Assembly: GCA_001179505.1 (NCBI GenBank)
Contig: CDMY01000405.1
Span: 323,127-387,126 of the forward strand
Length of the DNA: 64,000 bases
Reading direction: 5' to 3'
Source of the DNA: Vitrella brassicaformis CCMP3155
Lineage: Eukaryota; Protista; Chromerida
Shown: piece after piece, positions 11,435-24,192 of the stretch
How the letters are laid out: each line of letters opens with the position of its first letter
Numbering within the stretch: position 1 is the stretch's first letter
The notes under the pieces: model-generated
Seen by the model: only the letters and a program-made list of their open reading frames with translations
Database searches by the model: none
Told to the model about the DNA's origin: nothing
Position numbers and translations under genes: made by a program

Positions 11435-13573
11435 ATGGCGCCATGTTTGTGGATGCTGTGTGCATTGCTTGCATGCATTCAATGCGCCCGTGGGTCGGGA
11501 GGCGATGCGAAGGCGCCTATTTCCTTATTGACACAGGTACAGTCAGTACAGTTGCATGTGTCCTGGATGGCGGCCTGCTATCGTGTGTGAGCCATCAGGT
11601 GGACGGCTCCCTCACGAAGCTGGTACAAAGCTTAACAAATGAGGGGCGCAACCACGCGAAATCGGCGGGTGACCTCTAACAATGGTACAGAACGCAACGA
11701 GTGGCAGTGCGTGGAAGCTCAGGTCTCTCAACCCCCTGGATGTGTCTACAGGTGCCAGCGGCGGCAGGCCGCACTCCAAGCCAAGATCCAGCAGCACGCC
11801 CACACTCTCGCGGCCCTCAACAAAACCCTCATTCTCCGCTCGGCAGCTGTCGACAACGCCGCGGAAGCCGCGGCTGGTATCCGCGAACAAATGGCGGCAT
11901 TGAATGCTCGACTTCGTAATCTGACGGCCACGCAAGCGGCTTTATTGCAAGCCCACGATGCAGACGCCTTCAAGGTGCACCGGCAGATGGACGAGATCGC
12001 TCGGGCGGCGGAGCTTTCCGCTGGAAGGATCCTGAAGACCAATGCCTCACGCCACATCACTGCGGAAGACCCTCTCCATATCGTGGCGCTGAGCAGGCTT
12101 GAGGATAAAAAGCTGGCGGCCTTGAAGTTGACGCTCGACAAAAGCCTTAACGACTCTCAGGCCGAGCTCAACGCAACCATGAGCCTCCAGCATATGACCC
12201 TTCACGAGCTGCAGATGAACCTGACACGGCTCAATGCAAAGCTGGAGGTGGAAGCCAAGATGCTCGCTTCGAAGAAGCAGCTGGCGGCTGTCATGGAGCA
12301 CCAATTTATCTGGACAAAGCGGGTGATGGACGTCGAAAAGACTCTCTTGGAGCGCATCAAACAGAGCTGCGACTTCATCACCGGTGCAGGGATGGCCCTG
12401 GCTGCACAGCGAAAAGAGGAGATCGATCAACTCCGCAGAATCAAGCGGGCGATTGCAGACGATATGACAGAGATGAAGCCTCGGCCGGCGACGGTCAGCC
12501 TACTGCAGATCCAGCTGCACATCGAGGCCGCCAGCAAGAGCACAAGCAGCACAGCGCCTGACCACCTGACGCTCGCCAAGGCCACTCTAGAAAAGCTGAT
12601 ACAGAGACGCGTGTCTGATATCGGGAACGCTCAGGCTGCGACGGATGAGAGGGCGGCTTCCTGTTGGAAGGAGCGTGAGCGGTATTTGGAGGAGGCTACG
12701 CTGCTGCAGAGGGAGATGGCTCATCTAAAGGATCAGCTGATAGAGGAAACAGCCGACTTGAGAACCCTGAGGGCCGCCCTTGTCACCACCGAACAAGACC
12801 AACACGAATTGGAAAAAGAAGCCAAAGTGGACCGCAGCCACTTCTCTGGTGCCCTGTCTCGGCTCTCTCACGTGCAGAAACACCACCAGCTAGCCGCCGG
12901 GGTCCTCCAACAAATGGCCAAGTATGTCTCCAGGTCCGCATCTCTCACGGCCACTCGCCTCGACAAGAAAGCCGCCGCCTCCACTGCTCTCCGCACTCAT
13001 GCCGAGGCGCGACAAAGAGCCCTCATGACGAAAGCAAAGGCCACAACTGCGCTCATCAAGTCGTCCATTTCGGCGGTCGATGCGTCGACATCCTCACTCG
13101 AGGCATCACTTGAGACGGCAGGGAGGCTCTTGGATGAGGTCTATGCTGCCGGCCATTCTGTAGTGTCTGAGCAGCGACGCATGGCTGGCCATTTGAGGGA
13201 TGCTATCGGGGCTCAGAAGCTTGTCATCGAAGCGACCAAGGCGGCCATCTTGGACCGAAGCGGCCAGCTGGAGGAGTGGAAACATACATCGGCGGCCACT
13301 GAGGCAGACTGCAGCGATGCTGGCGAAGAGAAGGCAGCGAGCACTTCCCTGGCCACTCAGGAGACACAGCGACTGCGGCACGTGCTGGACATTCTCTCCG
13401 GCAAAGCAGCCACTGATGAAGCAAGCACTCAAACAAAAAGGCCACCTTCTTCGGGGAAGGCAAAGACGTCACCCACCACGCCGCAGCAAGGTGATAGCAC
13501 TTCTCCGGCACTGGCTGTCGACTCTGTTGACGACGCTCTTGCTGCCGCCGCTAGGGAGATGGATGTCTATTAA
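11435..13573 (+). CDS. Secreted long coiled-coil protein; the spliced model contains an in-frame TAA at 11677-11679
   Basis: Exon 1 encodes signal peptide MAPCLWMLCALLACIQCARG. Introns lie at 11537-11598 and 11685-11751. The last exon is a roughly 600-codon Ala/Leu/Glu/Lys/Gln-rich heptad-like ORF ending at 13573. Confidence 0.65.
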
Positions 13574-14093
13574 GGGACAAACACGGAGAGAGTGTGTGGC
13601 GTGTGATCGCAGACAGACATGAAGACGAGAACGAGCGAGTGACGACGATGCAGGTGTGGTGTGGTAGTGATGTCAATGTCGGTTCTCTGCACAACTGACT
13701 GATTCTCTCAGACTCTTGCGCGTCCGTGACGCATTGCATTCACACACATAGATTACCTACATAAAAAGACACACTCCACACATTGATTGATGCCGGCCCT
13801 TCGCACCCACAAAACATGAACGCTATCGATACCACACACCAACATCACACTATCTGCTCCTAAATGGGTCACAAAGACCGCCCAACCAACAAAAAAGACG
13901 AACCACACTAAAGAGGGCTGGCGAAGAACTGCGGTCCGACAAACCAATGACGACCGCTCGCTTCGCCAGTCAACAACAGAGACGCACTCAACTCATCCAC
14001 ACGGCTTCCCCATGCCCAGGCCCCTCCCAACGCATCTCGTAGTGACAAACTCATTTGGCCCCACCCTCACTGACACACCCACCCACCACCCAC

Positions 14094-17000
14094 TCATGCA
14101 CATGGTTTGCCGTCACAGAACCGTGCACAAATACCACTGCACCCAAGCCTATCCTCCTCTGTGTCGCACTCATCTAGCATCGACAGTGCGTCACACGTCT
14201 TGCAGTAGGCCGTCGAGTCCCTCTCACACTCCGGGCAGCCCGTGTTGGTGTGCCGCTGCTCTGAGTTTTCCTCTGAGAGGACCACAAAACTGCCAATCAC
14301 CCTCGGGTTCATCAGCGTCTCCTTAGCTTTGATGCCCAACACGCGCTCTACACACACACAGAGAGAGAGAGAGAGAGAGGGAGAGAGCGAGATGGTGGCT
14401 GATGCATATAACTGGATCTGTCACGCCTCAGCAGAACTTACCACGATGGTTGTCGTCACTGTCTTGCAGAGGTCGTTGAGAGGCCCCGTCTTGGGCCTCT
14501 TCTGCCTGTCCAGCTGGCGGCCACTGCAAGACCTCGATCTTGTCCGCCTCAGGCTCAGGAACCTCAGGACCAGATCCCCACCTGCAGCACAGCACCCACG
14601 CAAATGAGGGGCTCGTCCTCGTATGCCTGGGTGTGCACTTGAGTGTTGTGCATGTGCATCTGTCTCCCCCTCTCTCCGTCCGCCTACATGAATGCCTGAC
14701 ACGACGGCACGTCCGACTGGATGCTTTCCGCGTCGTCGGAGGCCATGTCATACCGACCCGACCCGTCGACCGCCGTGAGATTGACGTATGTGTGCAGCGG
14801 CTCGATCAACCCCCAGCCCCGAGGCGACACCTCTGCCACGACGCCGAAGTGATTGGCAGCGAAGAGAGACAAGCGGCTCTTGTCGGGACTCCTGACATTG
14901 TAATCAATAACCAGAGTGGCGGAGCGGGCATCCGACGCGTTGCGCATGAAGTCAGTGAAGGTGCGATGGAGACGAGCAGGGATCTGCAGGGTCCGCTGAG
15001 TGGCTCCGTAATTGTGGGGAGGCGCCAGGGCGGTCAGCCACACGCACTGGCGGGCGAAGGAGTGGCCTGCGGGCACTGCGTCGCCAAACCCCGCAGGGCA
15101 CTCTCTGAGCCATGGGAAAAAGTCGCAGCCGGGCCGGGTCATGTTGCCAGCTACTCCCTTCCATATGTTTTGGTGGAGGATCCACCCCTCGCCCTCCCAC
15201 TCAGCCGTCACGCGGTCGATCACATAGTCTGCCAGCTCGTCCTTGTCGGGCGGCTCCTCCGCCGTCACCACAAACGCCTGCTGAAACTTGCCATCTTCCT
15301 CGGCTGTGTTGGGCTTGGTCATGATCGTCTTGAGCGCCTGAACGACATCCATGAGAGGACAGATGAATCCATGGATGCACATGAGCCAGTGTTCGACGCT
15401 GCCTCACTGACCGTGTATGACGCGGCTCCGCTGGACGTGTTTCTGAACGCCTCCACACGGTAGCGCGGCACTGCCCCAATGCTGTCGACCTCCTCGTCGG
15501 CGCTGCTGATGAGGTAGAGGGTGGTGCTCAGCATCACAAATGTGGGCTGCAACTCTGGTGGGCCCCTCCTCCCCCGACACACGGTGCGTTTGGTATCGTA
15601 GATGGGCTCGAGAAAGACCCGCAGCTCGTTCGGCGTGCCGGTGAGCTGCCACATCTCGTCTTGCGTCTGCGAAGCAAGATACACGACACAGCAATGGTCA
15701 GACGGCGCTCTCACTCTCTGTCCGGTGCATGTTCTCTTACGATGGGTGCTCCCCATTTGGCCCAATCGTCCTGCAAGTAGCGGGCACCGGATGCAGACGA
15801 CTCGCTCATGGCATCCCCATCTGCCCCCAGCAAGCGGGCATTGACGTCCTCCAGAGTCAAATCAGCGTGCAACCCTGATAAACAGGAGACATGAATGACA
15901 CACGATATTGCAGTTCGTCAGTAACTCAAATGAACCCACCGGTCAGGGGGATGTTGCCGAAGCTGTCAGAGCCATTGAAGTAAAGGATGCTCTCGTTGTA
16001 CCTCTTCAAAGCGTCCTCGAAGGAGAAGATCTCGAGCTCATCTGCCGGCATCACGCGCTCTACCTCGGCCTCCAGGTAACTCAGCAGATGACCTATGTCG
16101 ACGGGATTGGCAATCTCTCGGCTGAAGAGCAACAGCTGCTGCCCTCGCAGGCTGTCGTCGGCCCTCTGATAAGCCGTCCGGATGCGGTCGATCTCCTTTG
16201 TCTCGACGCAATCGTGCAGTCGTTCGGTCAGCGTCTTCTGGCGTTGTGCGAAGGCCCGGCGGAACTCCAGGATCTTGGAGAGGTCGACAATGGCCAGAGT
16301 CATGAGGCGCTGGTTGCGCACGTAGTAGTCCATCGTCGCTAGAGCGATGCCTCTAGCGTGCTCGAATGGCGGGGTCGCCTTGCCATCCTGTGTTGGCCTC
16401 ACGGACCTCCAGTCCCAGCCAGGGCCGCTGACAAGGGTCTCGCTGCCTACATGCAGTGGACAACGAGGATGACAAAGCCCCACACAGCCACGTGGTTCTG
16501 TCCATTACCGAGAAAGAAGTGTCCGTGGGCCGACAGTGCAGCAGTGACCCATATGAGCTCATAAGGCATGCGTCGAAAGACAGCACATCAAAAGCGGAAA
16601 CCGTCGGGCATCCCCGCGTCCTGGATGCCGTTCTGACGGGAAACACGACCAGGTCACTCATTAGAAGGGCCCCCGAAGAGGTCATTTGATGGGTGCTGGT
16701 GTCACTTACTCTGATGCTTGTCTCTAAACCGAAGAGGCTCATCACAGAAGACCTGTCGCCATTGTGAACGTCGCCTCCAAAACTGCACAGACACACACAC
16801 TTGCCGTCTTGAGATATCAAGAGTGCAGCCGGCTGATCTGTTATGTCACCCTTTTCGGCCGGCGCCGTGATCCCAGAAGGTGAGCGCATAGTGCTCGGCA
16901 GGGAAGTCCTTCAAGCTGTTAGAGATGAACTCCCTGAGCACTTTGCCATCGTCCATGTTGGCCTCGCCCCAGTCTTGCTTGAGCAACCAGCGGCGCCGGC

Positions 17001-18296
17001 TGGTGCTGTTCTCGTTCTCGTAGGGGTCACCGATCATCAGTAGCTCGTATGCCCCGGAAAACTGCTGCCTTGCCTGGGAATGAACCGTCGTCCGTCTGCG
17101 TGTTTGTGAGGATGGCTGTGTGTGCGTACCTCTCTAGCGTTGACCTCTGGGGTGACACTTGGACAGATGACAAGCTCGTGTACGGCTCGATGCGACGAAT
17201 CGTCGATCTCAGGGTCGGCGCGATCGACGAGCACGAGCAGATTGATGTCGCCCTGGGGGATCTGGAGCATCTCCTTCAAGTCACTCATGGCATAGCTCTC
17301 CAAGTTGTTGTCCTGATGACAGCCGCACACATGCACACACAAACAGCTATGAGGGAGGGGAGAGCGAATGTCCCTATGCCATTCTCACCGCATTCATGTA
17401 GACGAGGTGCGTCCAGTGGGCCTTCCTCCTGCTCTCGAGGCGCTCAGCTACCCCCGCACAGAAGGTGGGCGGCCTCAGTTGGTACTCCCACCTGGGACTG
17501 TCGCATTCAGGCAACGTATACGGCTCGCCAGCTGTCGACTGGTCTGTACAATTCTCCCTTGGATGGATGTGGCACGTGGGTTTGTCGTCTGATGACCGCT
17601 TGCGGCAGTCGTCGACGCACCGACAGCCGCCGTTGGTGAAGACCTGCTCCTCGCTTCCCTCGACACACGCGTCGTAGTACTGGCCAAGGGTGGGCCCCAA
17701 ACACATGCATGAGCCCTTGCCGCAGTCCTCCTGCTGAACTATGCAGAACCACTCCAGGCCGGGGATGCTGAGGCCTTCCTTCTGACAGCTTCTCTCGACG
17801 CATCGACAACCGGTGAGCGAGAACAAGACAGCCTGATGGGCCAGCTCCTCTGCTTCATCCGCCGCACCGATTGACCCGATCACAGCTGTCGAGTCGCACG
17901 CATCAATGTACTGGCCGAAGATCGGCCCCTGGCACCGGCAGCCGCCAACGTTACAGTCTTCTTTCTCGACGCGGCAGTAGAACTCCAAGCCGCAGAATCT
18001 CCTCTTCTTGGCATGTTTCGTCGATGCATCGGCAGCCACTGACCGAGAGGAGCACACTCTGCTCACCCTCAGCGCACTCGTCGTCCTCGCACTGGCCTTG
18101 AAGGGCTCTCCGCAGTGATGAAGATGTGGAGAGCGACGGATCTGAGTCAAACACAGCACAAACAAAAAACCGGAGACAATGACTGTTTGCTGATTCAAAA
18201 CAATTCCTTACTCCTTGTTTGAGATGGCTCACCATGGGATCTCAAGCACAAAACGGCAGCAGCAATGAGGGAGACCGACGCCACAAGACAAAGCAT
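14094..18296 (-). pseudogene. Clostripain-family (peptidase C11) cysteine protease with signal peptide and N-terminal Cys-rich repeats; three frame disruptions as sequenced
   Basis: Contains WTHLVYMNA|DNNLESYAMSDLKEM, GEANMDDGKVLREFI, YALTFWDHGAG (catalytic His) and FDVLSFDACLMSSY (catalytic Cys). Signal peptide MLCLVASVSLIAAAVLC. Lesions lie near 17995, 16590 and 16549. Whether this is a true pseudogene or an assembly error is unresolved. Confidence 0.8.
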
Positions 18297-18533
18297 GAAG
18301 GATGAATCATGCCTGTCCGACTCTGCTGCCGTCCCGCGTGCTGGGCGGCCATGGCAACGAATCATGAGTTGGAGTATCAGCAGTAGCTCGGGGTAGCGAG
18401 TAGGAATGTGACGAAGGGAAGGAGCATTCAGTTGACGATGGACACGCAAGCTTGGGTCCACAAGATCGCACTCATGTCTCGTAGATCTCGCCTGTGTACC
18501 AACGAACGTTGACCCGACTTAAGGCGCTTCTCA

Positions 18534-18964
18534 ATGGTGCTGCCGTTCGCTTCATCTCCATCTCCATCTTCTCCGCACACACCAGCCGCCGCCCGCTGCG
18601 GTCAGCCACACGGGATCCGTCAAGCAACGCCGGGGCACGATGCACCATTGCCGCACAAGCAGATTGGCATCGGCATCATCGGATGTGGCCGCATCGGCCG
18701 TCTGCACGCTCACAACATCTCCAGACACGTCTCGAAGGCGAGGCTGGTTGGCCTCGCAGATCCCTTTATCGAAAAGGGCGATATGGAGTGGGTGAGGGAG
18801 CTGGGCAGCCCACTCACGTACACCGACTACAGGGACTTGCTCGCCCATCCAGATGTCGACGCCGTCTTCATCTGCTCGCCGACCACCACGCACGCCGAGT
18901 ATCTCATTGAGGCGGCCACGCTCGGTACGTCAGGGGAAGGGGTGCGTGTCGGCATCTGCATGTG

Positions 18965-18996
<32 letters not shown>

Positions 18997-19760
18997 CAGG
19001 CAAGCATGTGTTCTGCGAGAAGCCCATCGACTTGCGAATCGAGCGCACAGAGGAGGCGCTGACTGTGGCGCGAGAGGCTGGCATCGTCCTGCAGGTGGGC
19101 TTCAACCGGCGATTCGACCCCTCATTCGCCAACGTGAGGGAGCGATGCAAAGCCGGCGAGATCGGCCAGATCGACATCATCAAGATCACCTCGAGGGACC
19201 CCGAGCCGCCCCCCATCATGTACATCGAGCAGTCCGGCGGCATCTTCGTCGACATGAGCATCCATGACATCGACATGTGCAGGTACATCGCCGGCAGCGA
19301 GGTGACGGCCGTGCAAGCAGCGGGCAGCGTGCGGGCAGACGCCGCCATTGGCGAGGCGGGCGACGTCGACACGGCCGTCCTGATGCTCTTCTTCGAGAAC
19401 GGCGCGATGGCTGTCATCGACAACAGCCGCCAGGCGTGCTACGGCTACGACCAGCGCATCGAGGTGTTCGGCAGGCTTGGCATGCTGCGGGCAGAGAATG
19501 ACACGCCCACACGTGTCGAGAGCTTCACCGGGGCCGGGTGGCAGGCGGACAAGCCCCACTGGTACTTCCCGCAGAGGTTCGAGCGTGCCTTTGTGAGGGA
19601 GGTGGAGGCGTTCGTCGATTCGGTGGAGAGGAGGGCGGCGCCGATGGTGGGCGGCGAGGACGGCCTTGCGGCCCTACTGATAGCACAGGCCGCCAACCAG
19701 GCATTGCGGCTGCAGAGAAGGGTCGTGATTGATGAGATCATGGAGCAGAAGGCTGCGTAG
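18534..19760 (+). CDS. iolG: Myo-inositol 2-dehydrogenase-like oxidoreductase (Gfo/Idh/MocA family), copy 1; one intron at 18925-18999
   Basis: Contains IGIGIIGCGRIG (Rossmann fold), HVFCEKP, LQVGFNRRFDPSF, ITSRDPEPPP, GGIFVDMSIHDIDM and DNSRQACYGYDQRIEVFG, all typical of bacterial IolG. Confidence 0.9.
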
Positions 19761-20653
19761 AGAGGGAGGGGGTGGGGGGGAGGACCGGGGGAGGGAGGGA
19801 ATGTATTTATGGCGTGTGTTTTGTCTGTCTAGTTGCGGTGAGGTTCGTCCATTTGACTTGCCTAGCTGATAGAACTGTAATGGAATGGCCGCCTTCTGTG
19901 TCGAGGGGTAGTTGGCTCGCCTTCTGTCATCGGGTTCGTCTCTGCAACGCAAGGTAGGCAGCGTGGTACGATGCTGGTTGCCTGTCGTGGCGTTGACGGG
20001 GGAAATGACAGAAAGCGAGTCAGCGGAGGGGCAAGCGCCAAATGGTGTATGTATTACACAGAAGAAGAGAGATGACGGCCGTTGGGTGTGGATTGCATTG
20101 CATTCATGGCGTGGCGTGCGTGTGTACTGTCGATACGTATGTGTGTATCTGTCTGTCTCCCATCGCATGTATAGCGACTGTTTTGGGGGGGAGTGACGAC
20201 ACATCTGCCCTTCCGTATTGGTTTGATGTCACTCGTTTGCAACTCTTGTCTAGATAGATGCTACTTCTCGGCTGGGAGCTGTGTTTTGTGATCACAACAC
20301 ACAAGATGGCAGACTGCTTCCTTGTGAAGAAATGTCTTTGGAATGCTTCCATGGTGCCGTCATTCGTCACTCAGCCAGCTATAAGCACTAGGAACAACGT
20401 CAATTCCCCACAAGAGTCCCTCACAAAATGATAGAACAGCGTCCGTACCGCGCACGCGCAGGACGAACCATCCCGGACGGGCAGCCACAAATGCGGGACA
20501 CACAGATCTCTGAGCCAGTCAGCCACCAACGGGAACACACTCACTCGACTGGTCCCCCATCGTCACGCCCACTGACGCCCACTGACAAATACACACACAT
20601 TCCATCCCTCCCTCCCTCCCTGACTAGCAGCGGCTTCACCCAGATGGGCAGAC

Positions 20654-21792
20654 CTACGACGCGGCCTCCCGCGAGAGCTTGATCTCGTCCACTCTCACCA
20701 CCCTCTTCTCCCTCATCGAAATGTCGGCCGCCAGCGCCACTCGCAGGGCCGTGAGGGCATCGGCACCGCTCACCAGGGGGGCGCTGCGGGTCATCACAGC
20801 ATCCAGGAACGACTCGGCCTGCCGGAGCATCGACTCAGGGAAACGCTGACAGATCGACAGGGCGTATTACAGCATGCACAGGCATATGATGAGCTATGGC
20901 GGTGGGCTGCTGTCCTGTCTTCTGTTGTGCGTACCTCTCTGAACCAGTAGTGTGGTTTGTCGGTCAGCGTGCCCTCGCTCTTGACGCTCTCGACTCGTGT
21001 GGGCGTCTCGTTGAGTGCGCGCAGCATGCCCTTCCTACCGAAGACTTCCATGCGCATGTCGTAGCCATACACCGCCTCCCTACTGTTGTCAATCGAGCAC
21101 AGCGCCCCGTTCTCCAGCCACAGCGTCACCACACACGTGTCAATATCACCGGCCTGCCCGATGGCCTCATCCACACGGACCGCCCCGGCGGCACACACCG
21201 CCTCGATCTCGCTGCCGGCCACGTAGCGGCACATATCAAAGTCATGAGCCGTCATGTCGTGGAACAGACCGCCCGATGACTTGATCCAGTCGATAGAAGG
21301 GGGCGGCTCCGGGTCTCGCGACGTGATCCGCATGATGTCCACTGTCCCGATCTCCCCCGACCGGTACCGCTCCCTCACGTTGGCGAATGAGGGGTCGAAT
21401 CGCCGGTTGAAGCCCACCTGCAGAAGGACGCCAGCCGAGCGAGCCACTTGCAAGGCCTCCTCGGCGCCCTCGAGGGTCATGTCGATGGGCTTCTCGCAGA
21501 AGATGTCCTTGCCTTCGCGGGCGGCCTCCTTGAGTAGGGGGCCGTGGGTATCGGTGGTGGTGCAGATGTAGACAGCTTTGACCTCAGGGTCAGCAATGAC
21601 GTCCTTGTAGTTGCTGCTGAGCTTATGAATGCCGAGCTCCTCCAGCCACTCACGGTGCCTCTCGATGAATGGGTCGGCCACGTGGATGACTTGGCATTTG
21701 TCACGCAGCCGGCAGAGGCTGTTGAGGTGCAGTCTGCCGACTCTCCCAGTGCCCAGCAGGCCCAAACCCACACGCTGCTTCTCAGGCGGCAT
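20654..21792 (-). CDS. iolG: Myo-inositol 2-dehydrogenase-like oxidoreductase (Gfo/Idh/MocA family), copy 2; one intron at 20846-20934
   Basis: Contains VGLGLLGTGRVG, DIFCEKP, LQVGFNRRFDPSF, ITSRDPEPPP, GGLFHDMTAHDFDM and DNSREAVYGYDMRMEVFG. The second exon runs RFPESML...AAS*. Confidence 0.9.
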
Positions 21793-22072
21793 GCTGAGAG
21801 GAAACCAATCCGAGAAAACAGAAAGGACTGCAAACAAACAGGCACGATGCGGGCACGACGGACTCGAAGGCTTTTGAGGAAAATGGCACGTCCACGCCGA
21901 AGCGCGAGCTTCAGCTCGCGAGGGGCCCTAAGAAGCGGAGATTGAAGTCATTGCAAACGAACCGACACGGCTACGCAGGGACGATTTGCAAGCTGTAACG
22001 TTCATTCATGTAGATATGCCCCGTTAATCACTCGTCTGTCGGTCCCTCTCCCCCTCGCTGTCAGTGACTAGC

Positions 22073-23316
22073 TCATGCAGGCTGAGGCTGGCCGCCTGAG
22101 AAGAGCCCCTTGACCTTCCGGCCGAACGACTTGATTTTGTGCAGCACGCCCTTCTTCTTCTCGACCTGCACCCATCCACGCAGGCACATAAAGAGGATGG
22201 CTCCACATGTGTCGTGTGCGTGCGGCTGACCTTGGGTAGTTCGGGCATGGCGATTGGTGGCTGCGTCTGGGCCGCACGCAGCGACCTCTGACGCTCCTGC
22301 AACACCTTCAGCTCGGCACACGGCTGCATATCACACACACAGAGACAGAGACAGCCCAGCCAGCGGCTACATCATGATGCGTGTGCCGTGTGTGTGTGTG
22401 TGTGTGTTCTACCTTGTCTTGTGTTTGAGGGTTGGCCAGCTCCTTTGCCGCCTGGTCGCTCTCGTCGGGGATTGTGTGCAGCAGGGCGGCTGGTGGGATG
22501 GCCTGCACAATCAACTGACCGTCACGCCCTTCGCTCACTGACACAAAGCACACACACACACACACACAGACACGTGGCGCGTCTCTTGCTTTCCTTCGGT
22601 CTCTGTCTGTGTGTGTAATGGATGCCTGCTTTTAGTTGGCACGAGTGAGACGACGACAGCCGATTGTTTGGTGGCAGTGATTGGGTTTGTTGCGACGAGC
22701 GCTCGGAGGTCTTGAATGTCAGCGGCCAGGTCGGTGAGCTCTCGGTCGGCCTGTGCCCTGGCGACGGTGGCGGGCGACACCTCGCCACGCAGCTCGGCCG
22801 TGCCTCGCAAAGCCTCCACCAGCTTCTCCTTCTCCTCCACCTGCATGGCATTGCATTGCATACACGTGGTGGAAGGATCGAAGACATCGTATACACACAC
22901 AGAGCAGAGACGTGAAGCAAAGCAAAGCAATCAACTCTCTGTCTGTCTGTCTGTCTGTCTGTTGTGTGACCTCAGCAGCGGTCTGTGCCACCTTTTCGTG
23001 CAGTCGTCGCTCCTTCTCGTCGTAATACTCTGCACACATCGACAACCACACACACATAATCACACAAAGCAGGTGTGTTCGTCCACTCACCCTCTTCTTG
23101 TGGTGGCAGTTTGGTCTCGGCGGCAGGTGCAGTGGCGACAACAGGCACGGGCGGGGCGGAGGGGGCGCTGGGCTGCTGGGCGGGAGGGGCGAGCAGCTTC
23201 TCAACGAGACCAGGCACCAACCGATGGGAGCCACCGCACGCAGGCTGGAGACTGACGAGGAGACCAACCACCACCGTCACTGGCCAGCCGACACGCACGG
23301 AGGCCGTCATCGTCAT
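22073..23316 (-). CDS. Hypothetical secreted protein, multi-exon, Pro/Ala-rich with a short coiled coil
   Basis: The N-terminus MTMTASVRVGWPVTVVVGLLVSLQPACGG is signal-like. GT-AG-bounded exons join into ...EYYDEKERRLHEKVAQ...DRELTDLAADIQDLRALV...KKKGVLHKIKSFGRKVKGLFSGGQPQPA*. Confidence 0.65.
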
Positions 23317-23534
23317 CGTGTGGCAATAGACTGACTCAACGAGTCACCGAATGAGTGAGTGAGTGAGTGAGTGACTCGCTGATCGCTGACTGTTGACACG
23401 CTGTACTGTTATAATTAGAACACACAGTCGATCATGTATGTACATGTATAGCATGTGAAGACACACGTACACGTACGTCTGCTGACAGACGTACACGCAG
23501 AATGCAATCGTGCACGGATCCACACGACAGTTGT

Positions 23535-24154
23535 CTATGCCCTAGTGAAGTCCATCAGCAACGTGACCTTCTCCCTCTCATTGTCGCCCCACCAGTGGTT
23601 CGGCCACCGATAGAACTCAAACGCCGGCAGACAGAACGGCGGCAGGGCCAAATTCACCTCTCGCCAGCCGCCCGGCTTGCCCAGGTCCCGATTGTCCACG
23701 CACTTGCGGTGCAGCGTCGTAACATTGCATCTGTCGTTGGTCATGAGGGCATACTTGTACTTGTATCGGCCGTCGTGAGCAGTGAGGTGGTTGGCAACGA
23801 ACTGGTGCACCATCGGCGTAGGTAAGTGCTGCAGCACATCCTTGGACATCAACAACTGCAACAAACAGCAGCCAGAAAGAGAGTTCGAGTGTGGAAATGG
23901 TCTCCTTTCTTTGTCGGTCAGCTCACGTCTGCAGGAGGCAGGTTGTCCTTTTCCAAGATGCTCCTCGCATGGAAAGTCCTGTTGTGCGCGGCGTGCAGCT
24001 CCTGGTTGCGAGCAATGACGGACGGCACCACGTCCACACCGGTGTATTGCTCTACTGGGCCCCAATCCACAAACTGCGTCCACTCCCTGAAGTGCAATGT
24101 CGGTAGCAAGGTACATGGCGAGTGAGGACTCTCTCTCTCTCTCTCTGTCTGTGT

Positions 24155-24192
<38 letters not shown>

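Noticed and set aside
11677-11679. Alternative nuclear genetic code (TAA/TAG = Gln or TGA = Trp)
   Set aside because: TAA, TAG and TGA all terminate well-supported genes in the window (for example TAA at 13573 and 10339, TAG at 19760 and 7900, TGA at 1934), and in-frame stops are not frequent within conserved exons.
11639-11751. ORF-track start MRGATTRNRR... for the coiled-coil gene
   Set aside because: It reads through an intron (11685-11751) and ignores the upstream signal-peptide exon at 11435.
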